From positions 320,001 through 384,000 of the forward strand of contig OZ244960.1 in the NCBI GenBank assembly GCA_965222605.1: a DNA stretch of 64,000 bases. Direction: 5' to 3'. The DNA is from Candidatus Latescibacterota bacterium (GTDB lineage Bacteria; Latescibacterota; UBA2968). Numbering within the stretch: the stretch's first letter is position 1; every line of letters begins with the position of its first letter. The notes under the pieces are model-generated. The model had not been told where the DNA came from. It did not search any database and saw nothing but the letters and a program-made list of their open reading frames with translations. Position numbers and translations under genes: made by a program. Of this stretch, positions 37,659-46,010 are shown piece by piece.

Positions 37659-39959
37659 TCAGGCCGAGCCGTTTCCACCGTTTTTATTCCACCAGGCTTC
37701 CAACACGCGCGGAGGCGACATGGGCAACTCTGTCAGACGCAGGCCAATTGCATCGTAAATCGCATTGGCAACCGCTGCTGTGGGTGGCACAATCGGCACC
37801 TCACCCACCCCGCGCACACCATAAGGATGCCCCGGATTGGGAACCTCGACAATATGCGCATCAATCATCGGCAAATCCAAACACGTTGGCATGCGATAAT
37901 CCAGCAAGCTGCTATTCCGCAAAATGCCATCTTCATCGTACACATACTCTTCGTTGAGCGCCCAACCAATCGCCTGTGCCACGCCGCCCTGCATCTGCCC
38001 CTCCACATAAGGCGGATAAATCGCTTTCCCCGCATCCTGGAAAAGCGACGCACGCAAAATATCGACCTTGCCCGTATCCGGATCGACCTCCACATCCACA
38101 ATCGCCACTGCATAAGCACCCCCAACACCTGTGGGTTTTGCCGTGGCGCGTCCCATCACCGGCCCGCCCGTTGAATCGAGCTGAGCCGCCAAATCCTTAA
38201 ACGTAATCGACTTCGACGGATCGGACTTCGAGCGGAACACCGCCTGGTCGAACTCGATATCGTCCTCTGAAATCTCCCACAGCATCGCCGCACGCGCCAT
38301 CATCTGCTCTTTGATATCCTGCGCGCACTTATAAGCCGCCCAACCCGTCGCAAATGTCGTGCGCGAACCACCGGTCACACCCGTATAACCAATCGAATCT
38401 GTATCGCCCACCTGCGGGCGAATCTGCTGTTCTGAGATACCCAGCACTTCGGCCATCTGCATCGCAACCGACGTGCGCGTTCCCCCAATATCTATTGAGC
38501 CTTCTACCAGATTGATCGTCCCATCGGCATTCACACTCGCAGCCGCACTCGAAACACCGCCCCCATTACCCCAAAAACCAGACGCTACGCCGCGACCGCG
38601 ATATTTCCCATTGAGTGCCATCTGATAGTGGTCAGAAGAAGCCGCAGCGCGAACGCATTCCTCGTGCCCAATGCGCTTATTCACAGGACCATCTGCGCGG
38701 CGCGTACCTTCTTTTGCAGAATTGTTCAACCGAAACGCCAGCGGATCGAGACCCAATTTCTCGGCGAGTTCATCCACCACAGTTTCAACGGCAAAAGCCG
38801 CATTCGTCGTGCCCGGCGCGCGATAGGCCGAAGAGGAAGGCTTGTTGTTCACCACATCATAACCATCCACCAGAACATGCGGGATAATATAAGGCGCCAG
38901 CATATTGCGCGCCCCCGCGCCCACGGGACTGCCGGAAAAAGCCCCCGACTCATAGGCCAGTACACTCTCAGCAGCGACGAGCTTACCATCTTTGGTCGCG
39001 CCCATTTTCACCCGGATCCACGAACCCGACGTCGGGCCAGTCGCCTGCAAGACCTCAGTGCGAGTCATAATCATTTTCACCGGATGCCCGGTCTTTCTCG
39101 ACAACAGCGCGGCAATCGGTTCCAAATACGCTTTGATCTTGCCACCGAATCCCCCGCCAATCTCCAGGGGTACAACCTTAATTTGCGACACGGGAATACC
39201 CAAAATTTTCGCAGTCTGATCCCGCACGCCAAACGCGCCCTGATTGCTGCACCAGATCGTCACCACCCCATCGGCATTCCACAATACCGTGGCATTTTGC
39301 GGTTCGATATAGCCCTGATGCACCATATCCGTGCGAAACTCGTGCTCGACAATCACATCGGCTTCGGCAAACCCCTGATCGACATCGCCCAGTTCCGTGC
39401 GAAAATGCGACGCCACATTACTGAAATTTTCGCTCTTCTCGCCCATCGAACTGGTTCTCTGATCTTCATGCACCAGGGGCGCGTCATCCTTCATCGCCTC
39501 CTGCACATCCAGCACATGGGGCAGCACTTCGTATTCGACCTCAATTAAATCCAGCGCTTCTTCGGCAATATGGACATTGGTCGCCGCCACCGCAGCCACG
39601 GGATATCCCTGATAGAGCACCTTCTCGTGTGCCAGCACTGCCGCACACATATCCTTAACCCGCACCACCTCCTCGCCCAAATCGGCCAACTGCTCCTCGG
39701 CGTTAAGTGCCAAATCCTGTCCCGTAACCACTGCACGCACGCCTTCGAGCACTTCAGCCTTGCTCGTATCAATCGACTTAATCCGAGCATGTGCATGCGG
39801 GCTTCGCAAGACTTTGGCATGTAACATATCGGGCAAATTGAGGTCCGTACCGTAAATCGCCCTGCCCGTCACCTTATCCGCGCCATCGTGCCGCACTGGC
39901 CGCGTCCCCACGACCTTGTAATCCGTAATACCCAAATAATCTTCCTGTTGAATTGCCAT
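37659..39959 (-). CDS. Xanthine dehydrogenase-family molybdopterin-binding subunit
   Basis: DKVTGRAIY, RSPHAHA, IGGGFGGK, AYRAPG, EGQMQGG, VRGVGE. Confidence 0.92.
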   Translation of the reverse strand: MAIQQEDYLGITDYKVVGTRPVRHDGADKVTGRAIYGTDLNLPDMLHAKVLRSPHAHARIKSIDTSKAEVLEGVRAVVTGQDLALNAEEQLADLGEEVVRVKDMCAAVLAHEKVLYQGYPVAAVAATNVHIAEEALDLIEVEYEVLPHVLDVQEAMKDDAPLVHEDQRTSSMGEKSENFSNVASHFRTELGDVDQGFAEADVIVEHEFRTDMVHQGYIEPQNATVLWNADGVVTIWCSNQGAFGVRDQTAKILGIPVSQIKVVPLEIGGGFGGKIKAYLEPIAALLSRKTGHPVKMIMTRTEVLQATGPTSGSWIRVKMGATKDGKLVAAESVLAYESGAFSGSPVGAGARNMLAPYIIPHVLVDGYDVVNNKPSSSAYRAPGTTNAAFAVETVVDELAEKLGLDPLAFRLNNSAKEGTRRADGPVNKRIGHEECVRAAASSDHYQMALNGKYRGRGVASGFWGNGGGVSSAAASVNADGTINLVEGSIDIGGTRTSVAMQMAEVLGISEQQIRPQVGDTDSIGYTGVTGGSRTTFATGWAAYKCAQDIKEQMMARAAMLWEISEDDIEFDQAVFRSKSDPSKSITFKDLAAQLDSTGGPVMGRATAKPTGVGGAYAVAIVDVEVDPDTGKVDILRASLFQDAGKAIYPPYVEGQMQGGVAQAIGWALNEEYVYDEDGILRNSSLLDYRMPTCLDLPMIDAHIVEVPNPGHPYGVRGVGEVPIVPPTAAVANAIYDAIGLRLTELPMSPPRVLEAWWNKNGGNGSA

Positions 39960-40020
39960 TCTTCCTCCTGTGAGTTTGTTGTATCAGAAATACATTTTCG
40001 GAAATTTGTCATCAAAACAA

Positions 40021-40289
40021 CTAAGCGACCCGCCTTGCCTTCGCGGCTTTGTCCAGATCATACGTCGCTTGCAGGTTCATCCAAAGTCTGGCCGATGTTC
40101 CCAAAGTCTCAGCAAGATCGAGTGCTGCATCGGCAGTACGCCTCACTCGCCTCGAATAAGCGCGCTGAGTCGCGCTCTGGACCAGCCAATTTTCTCTGCA
40201 AACGCCGTCTGGCTCATACCCATAGGTTCGAGAAACTCCTCAAGAAGCATCTTTCCCAGGTGGAACGGGTTCTTTGGTTGTCGCTCCAC
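40021..40289 (-). pseudogene. higA: higA (Xre-HTH) antitoxin pseudogene
   Basis: GTG start; NPFHLGKMLLEEFLEPMGMSQTAFAEKIGWSRARLSALIRGE then TGA (40143-40145); resumes in another frame as TADAALDLAETLGTSARLWMNLQATYDL to TAG. Confidence 0.85.
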
Positions 40290-40294
40290 GGTCC

Positions 40295-41400
40295 TTACTT
40301 CAGCCACCATTTCCAAAGTCGGTTTAATATTGAAGGGGCTTGACTTTGATACTGCTTTGCCATATTACCAAATATCTCACCTGCTACATCCAAATCAAGT
40401 GTCATTCCACTTTTGTAATATGCCTTACAAACATGGCCAAATCCATAGGTAACTGATCCGGCCGTCTTGGCAGCTACATTCATAACAACTCCTACACCCA
40501 AAAGTCCGCCGAGCCACCCCACCGCCTTCAAGCCTTGAATGCCCCAACGATAGATTTGTCGTCCAGTGCTTCCCGTTACCGTAGCAGCGAACAATTGCAT
40601 TACATCTTTTTTTTTCACTTGGCATTCATAAATAAAAGCTACCTTCATTGCAAGACCAACTTGCAATCGGGTTAATGGCATGAGGTCCACACCAGGTATA
40701 GGAATTGTAGCAAGGCTCATAGCATCATCTGCTGCGTCTTTTATCCATTTATCCACTTGTTCTTCTTTAAATTTCGATACTTTAAAAAAGAATAAATCGT
40801 TTCCCTGGAATTCTAAAATTTCCACTATACTTCGATGCAGAACATCAATGCCGATATTATCGCGGGCGGAGATAGGTACAAGTTTGGCTCCCGTCTTGTC
40901 TTTTATATCCTGCTCCATTTCTTTTTGTGCGTCAAGTTTGAGGCTGTCGATCTTGTTGAGCACAGCAATGATTGGTTTCCCTAATGCTTGTAATCCTTTA
41001 TAAGCATCAACTGTGGACTTTGACGCACCGACACCCCCATTAAAAAAGAAAAGTATTATGTCGGTATCTCGTTCGATAAATTTTTGTGTTAGCTTACTCT
41101 TTTCTTCATTGATGTCCTCCAATCCTGGCGTGTCAGCAATATAGACATTTTTGCTGAATCTATATAGCTGAATTTCCTCCGTGTAACCTGCTATAGCCTT
41201 TACATCGGCCAGTTTCCGTCCGGTAAGTGCATTGATAGTGGTGGATTTCCCGCTATTCACGCTACCGTACAGTGCCATAATTAATTTTTGATTTCTCCGA
41301 ACTTCTCGCTTTCGCCGATAAAAGATTCATCGAAAGCTTCTTGAAGATCTCTAAGAGCGAGTTCAAATTGGGAATCAGCCGAAGACTTATTCTCAGACAT
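40295..41400 (-). pseudogene. Era-like GTPase plus YcjF/DUF697-like C-terminal domain, apparently frameshifted near the 5' end
   Basis: G1 GSVNSGKS, G3 DTPG, G4 NKID, ISA, IPIPGVD. ATG 41400 (MSENK..) stops at 41281, while the main frame reads NQKLIMALYG in a different frame; it could still be expressed from ATG 41278. Confidence 0.6.
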
Positions 41401-41492
41401 AATATTTTTCCTGTGAATAAAATAGTGAATTCAGATTTAACATAAAAAAGGACAAGACGGCTATAGACGAGATTATGGAGATTAACCTCCTT

Positions 41493-41606
41493 CTATTTGT
41501 CGTCCTTATATTTTCGCTTAAGATGGCGAGATGCAATGGCACTATAAAGAAAGCCGGCCAAGGCCACTATCAAGGCTATACCAGTCATAATAAAAAATGA
41601 TCTCAT
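41493..41606 (-). CDS. 37-aa single-TM peptide with a basic tail
   Basis: GAGGAG then ATG; MRSFFIMTGIALIVALAGFLYSAIASRHLKRKYKDDK; below the ORF-track length cutoff. Confidence 0.5.
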   Translation of the reverse strand: MRSFFIMTGIALIVALAGFLYSAIASRHLKRKYKDDK

Positions 41607-41737
41607 GCCGCTCCTCGAAAACTTTCAAAAACGATTTTGTTTCAATACCCGCTGTTTCCTGCATGTGTTTAGCGAGCGGGCATACGGTCAGGTCACATTG
41701 CTCTTCCCAAAGATACTCAGGCACTAGTTTGCAATAA

Positions 41738-42127
41738 CTACCACGGGGAGTTCACTTCTATGCGAGGAACTTCAGGATGGTTGTCACTGACTTTGGGCGG
41801 CCAAATATCAGCAAGATACGCTTCCACACCATTGCGGTGCTCTTGAAGTACGATTGCCCAAGTTACATAAAGACCCAGATGTTCATATTTCTGAATCTCC
41901 TGTTTTCTCCTGTGTTCGGCTATGCGTTCTTTAATATCCCCTTGACCAACGTACACCGCCCTGGGTTTATTACCTCCGTGCCAAATTATATAGACGCCAC
42001 AGGGCTTATTGTTGAAATGCGCGTGTTCCAAGTTTACAGAATTGAGCTTGCACCAGACATTGCCTTCACACCTTGTCCAGTTCAGGTGTAATGATAGTGC
42101 CTGCTTATGGGGAATCGGTATGCTCAT
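41738..42127 (-). CDS. Small GIY-YIG-like nuclease
   Basis: GVYIIW..VYVGQG.IKERIAEH..VE; start uncertain. Confidence 0.6.
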   Translation of the reverse strand: MSIPIPHKQALSLHLNWTRCEGNVWCKLNSVNLEHAHFNNKPCGVYIIWHGGNKPRAVYVGQGDIKERIAEHRRKQEIQKYEHLGLYVTWAIVLQEHRNGVEAYLADIWPPKVSDNHPEVPRIEVNSPW

Positions 42128-43064
42128 TGTCCACCTCCGAAAGTTCTTGTGGTTCATCAGAGCCTTGTAGGACTTGGTTGGGCTGTTCTTCTTCTTCTTC
42201 TGGAACCTCGAAGTAACTCACTGGTAGATTTTCACAGATCTCCTTAATGCGCTCGAATATAGCCAGTGTGTTCTGATCAGTCGCATGTTCCCGGACCAGG
42301 TCACAAACCTTTTTTTGTGAGTCAATTGCCTCAGAAATTCTTTGTCTGGTACGTCTATCAAGTACTTCTTCTCTCGCTTGTACCGGCAAGTTCGTGATGC
42401 ATAGGGTAAGTCTAAGGAATGCGCGGTCAACGGCATTACCAACTTCCACCACCGCATCGACTGGCGCAATCTGGAAGTAGTTACTCTGCGCCATCTCGTC
42501 TGAAAAGTAATCACACAATGCGGTACATCTTAATTGGAATGAATTGATAATTTCCCGAAAACTTGGGATAGATTTGCTCTTATTTTCTGCAGGTGTCTGA
42601 TAGGTCATAATTTCTTCAAAATCGTCATAAGAGACATCAAATTTTGCCGCAATATCTTCAAGTCGTTTTTGGGCATCGAAACTGAAAAGACGCGAAACCT
42701 GGTGCGACATGCTTTGCGAAGTCACTTTAGCGATCATGATGCCTATCATCGCAAGCCCCAAGAGGACTTCTATGCAAATGAGTGCCTTCGAGATGCCCAT
42801 CGGATGCATGTCGCCGTATCCTAAAGAAGAGACTGTGATGATACTAAAGTATATGCCTTGAAGAAACGTAACTTCAGAAAGCGGCTCGAGATTTTGTCCA
42901 ATGCCGTTGCCACCGGGGGTGAGGTAAGTATAAAAACATCCAGAGACAAAGACCACTACGGCGAAGAATACAACATACCAGCACATGTCGATGTCCAACG
43001 CCCTTTGGCTGAGTCTTGAAATGAACTGTTTAATTCTACCCAAAGGAGCCCTCTTCACTTTCAT
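42105..43064 (-). CDS. Two-TM potassium-channel-family protein with a large helical C-terminal domain
   Basis: TM1, then IYFSIITVSSLGYGD..P, then TM2; about 200-aa soluble tail with no RCK glycine motif. Confidence 0.8.
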   Translation of the reverse strand: MKVKRAPLGRIKQFISRLSQRALDIDMCWYVVFFAVVVFVSGCFYTYLTPGGNGIGQNLEPLSEVTFLQGIYFSIITVSSLGYGDMHPMGISKALICIEVLLGLAMIGIMIAKVTSQSMSHQVSRLFSFDAQKRLEDIAAKFDVSYDDFEEIMTYQTPAENKSKSIPSFREIINSFQLRCTALCDYFSDEMAQSNYFQIAPVDAVVEVGNAVDRAFLRLTLCITNLPVQAREEVLDRRTRQRISEAIDSQKKVCDLVREHATDQNTLAIFERIKEICENLPVSYFEVPEEEEEQPNQVLQGSDEPQELSEVDNEHTDSP

Positions 43065-43348
43065 CCTCTACCAGAACCGAGATAGTCCGCTATACGAAGT
43101 TCATCGTTAATATCGCACTTGTCTGGATCCCATAAGAGTTCTGTGCGATCTGGAGAGATCTCGTATTTTTCACGTTCATCGGTAGATGCGTGATAAAGCG
43201 TCGGAATCCATTTCAAAGGCACAGAAAGAATACGCCCATCCGTTAATTCAATATGAATATGCACATCATCAAAACGCACCTGATGAATAAGAGCTTCCTG
43301 AGGAAAGGTATATGCAGAAACCGGATATGGAATATCATACCATTTCAT
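43061..43348 (-). CDS. DUF2442-family protein
   Basis: VRFDD..IELTDGRILSVPLKWIPTL..AS..ER..YEIS..LLW. Confidence 0.8.
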   Translation of the reverse strand: MKWYDIPYPVSAYTFPQEALIHQVRFDDVHIHIELTDGRILSVPLKWIPTLYHASTDEREKYEISPDRTELLWDPDKCDINDELRIADYLGSGRG

Positions 43349-43412
43349 TTACCAAAGCCCTTCTCTCTCCCGCAAAAAATAATGCAGAGCGCGCAGCCTG
43401 TCCAGTCTTTAA

Positions 43413-44312
43413 TCACGCATCGCTGATCTTGATACCCGACAAAGTCTCAATAGCTTTTGTCACGGCTGAAAAATCGAGTGCGCCAGCACCCAGACTACTG
43501 GCGGCAGCATACATCTGATAGGCCACAGCCCCCAAAGGCACGGGCACATTCATCGCGCGCCCCATCTCCACGCCAATACCAATATCCTTTTTCATCAAAT
43601 CGAGCATAAACCCCGGCGCGTACTCATCTTTGAACACAAAATCTGCAACGCGCGCCTGAAAAGCCGACGAATTACCCGAACTCACGCTAATCACCTGCCG
43701 CATCACCTCGGGATCAGCACCCGCTTTAACGCCGAGGGTAAGCCCCTCTGCAATCGCTGCCATCGTAATACCACCGAGCAACTGATTGACAATTTTAACC
43801 GTTTGCCCCACGCCAACATCACCCACATGAAAAATATTCTCGCTATTGCCCATCGCGTCAAAAATCCCCTGGCAACGATCAAAATCGGCCTTTGCCCCAC
43901 CCGCAATAATGGTCAGCGTGCCGTTAATCGCCCCAATATCGCCGCCACTCACCGGCGCATCCATCACCCGAACCCCTTTTTGCGACGCCTGCTCTGCCAC
44001 ATCTTGAATCGTCAACGGCGAAATCGTACTCATATCCACAATGAGATCGCCCTCAGATGCCCCGGCCAAAACGCCTTGATCGCCCAAAATGACCTCGCGC
44101 ACCTCGGGATCAGCCGTCACAATCGTAATAATAATATCCGCAGCTTCGGCCACCGCCTGTGACGAAGGCACAAAAGTCGCCCCCGCGCCCTCCATCTCGG
44201 CCACAATCTCGTCTCGACGCGCGTAAAATACCACGTCAAAACCGGCCTTCAAAAGATTGTGGCACATAGGCTTCCCCATAATCCCCAGACCGACAAATCC
44301 AATTTTATCCAT
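43413..44312 (-). CDS. Beta-hydroxyacid dehydrogenase (GarR/MmsB family)
   Basis: IGFVGLGIMGKPM, DMSTISP, DAPVSGG, KIVNQ, KD. Confidence 0.9.
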   Translation of the reverse strand: MDKIGFVGLGIMGKPMCHNLLKAGFDVVFYARRDEIVAEMEGAGATFVPSSQAVAEAADIIITIVTADPEVREVILGDQGVLAGASEGDLIVDMSTISPLTIQDVAEQASQKGVRVMDAPVSGGDIGAINGTLTIIAGGAKADFDRCQGIFDAMGNSENIFHVGDVGVGQTVKIVNQLLGGITMAAIAEGLTLGVKAGADPEVMRQVISVSSGNSSAFQARVADFVFKDEYAPGFMLDLMKKDIGIGVEMGRAMNVPVPLGAVAYQMYAAASSLGAGALDFSAVTKAIETLSGIKISDA

Positions 44313-44349
44313 CTCGCCACTCCTTCCCTGGTAAAACATCTATTTGTCT

Positions 44350-44378
44350 TTGACAACTGAAATGCTTGAATATAATAT
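44350..44378 (+). promoter_or_regulatory. Putative sigma70 promoter of the FGGY kinase
   Basis: TTGACA-17 nt-TAATAT (with an overlapping TATAAT). Confidence 0.5.
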
Positions 44379-44412
44379 AACCTAAACCTATTATTACAAT
44401 AAAGAGCCAACC

Positions 44413-45963
44413 ATGAACACAAAAACATCCTCCGACCCTCTACTCATCGGCATCGATGTTGGAACCACCAACATCAAAGCCCTGATCTTCGATCCTCGTG
44501 GCCACGAGATCGCCCGCGCACAAGCCAAAACGCCCACGCACCATCCACAGCCAGAATGGGCATATTACAAACCCGATGAACTCTGGGAAACCGTATGCGG
44601 CATCTTAAAAAAGGCCATTGCTCAAATCGACAACCCCGCCAACATCGCGGGCATTGCCACCGCGAGCATTGGCGAAACAGGCATCCCAATAGACAAGCGT
44701 GGAAATCCAACCGGTCATGCGATAGCGTGGTTTGACCAGCGCACCCGTCCGCAATGCGAACAACTGCGAAAAACCCTTGACCGCGACGAACTCTTTTCAC
44801 TCACAGGACTTCCCTTGCAACCCATTTTCAGCCTGTGCAAAATCCTCTGGATACGCGAACACCAGCCCGAAACCTTTGCGCGAACCGCGACCTGGCTAAA
44901 CACCGCCGATTATATTGCTTTCCGACTATCGGGCATACCCGCCACCGACTATTCGCTCGCCTCCCGCACCCTTGCCTTTGACCTCCACAGGCGACAATGG
45001 GCAAACGACCTCCTCAGTGAAGTCCATCTTTCGCCAAATCTCTTCGCGCCACTCTGCACTGCTGGAACCGACCTGGGTCCCATCCTTCCCGACATCGCAC
45101 GCGAAACTGGCCTGCCCCGGCACACGCGAATATGCGCTGGTGGACACGACCATATTTGCGGCGCCCTTGCCGTTGGCGTTACAGAGCCGGGAACAATGCT
45201 CAATTCTCTGGGCACCGCAGAAGCCCTGTGCCTGCCCATTTTCCAGCCGCTTACAGACCCGCAAATAGGCCGCCAAAACTTCACCATAGGCGCGCATGTC
45301 GCACCCGACCAATATTACTTCCTCGGCGGATTGTTCACAAGCGGTGCGAGCATCGAGTGGTTTCGCAGCTTATTTGGCGAAGGCGCAGACTATACCACCT
45401 TAATTTCAGAGGCGCGCGAATCGCCCCCCGGCAGCCTGGGCGTTGGCTTTCTCCCACAACTGCGCTTTACCAACCCACCCCATGCAGAAGCCATAGCGCG
45501 CGGGACATTTATTGGCCTGACACCCGATGTCAACCGCGGCACGCTCTTTCGCGCAGTCCTCGAAGGTCTATCTATGGAAATGCGCCATATTATCGAGGCG
45601 TCCAAATCCCATTCCGGCGTACCCAAAACAAAAAATATCGTCGCAATCGGCGGTGGCATACGCAATCAACTCCTCATGCAAATCAAAGCCACCGTTCTCA
45701 ATCAACCCATCGCCCTCGCCGAAATGGATGAAGCAACGGCTCTGGGCGCGGCAGTGCTCGCGGGATTGGGCACAGGTGTTTACACAGATGTCGCCAATGC
45801 CCTGCATACGCTTGACACCCCCATGCAGACCATTCACCCCATACCCGAACAGGTCGCGTATTACAACACAATTTACAACCGCGTACACAAGAAAATTTAC
45901 TCGGCTGTGCAAGGCCTGCACCATCAGATTGACCAGATTCAGACGGGAAATACAACGGAATAA
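44413..45963 (+). CDS. FGGY-family carbohydrate kinase
   Basis: IGIDVGTTNIK, AWFDQR, DYSLASRT, GGHDH, SLGTAE, ATALGAA. Confidence 0.9.
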   Translation: MNTKTSSDPLLIGIDVGTTNIKALIFDPRGHEIARAQAKTPTHHPQPEWAYYKPDELWETVCGILKKAIAQIDNPANIAGIATASIGETGIPIDKRGNPTGHAIAWFDQRTRPQCEQLRKTLDRDELFSLTGLPLQPIFSLCKILWIREHQPETFARTATWLNTADYIAFRLSGIPATDYSLASRTLAFDLHRRQWANDLLSEVHLSPNLFAPLCTAGTDLGPILPDIARETGLPRHTRICAGGHDHICGALAVGVTEPGTMLNSLGTAEALCLPIFQPLTDPQIGRQNFTIGAHVAPDQYYFLGGLFTSGASIEWFRSLFGEGADYTTLISEARESPPGSLGVGFLPQLRFTNPPHAEAIARGTFIGLTPDVNRGTLFRAVLEGLSMEMRHIIEASKSHSGVPKTKNIVAIGGGIRNQLLMQIKATVLNQPIALAEMDEATALGAAVLAGLGTGVYTDVANALHTLDTPMQTIHPIPEQVAYYNTIYNRVHKKIYSAVQGLHHQIDQIQTGNTTE

Positions 45964-46010
45964 TGTCACTTCGCAATTCAATCAAACGACGGGGCGGAAA
46001 ACACATCGCT

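Noticed and set aside
39970-40452. 160-aa plus-strand ORF
   Set aside because: Antisense to the higA pseudogene and the GTPase 3' end
41542-41724. 60-aa ORF in the track
   Set aside because: No RBS or motif; it overlaps the better-supported 37-aa peptide in another frame
40000-43400. Integron cassette array
   Set aside because: No convincing attC sites, genes overlap one another, and no integrase is present
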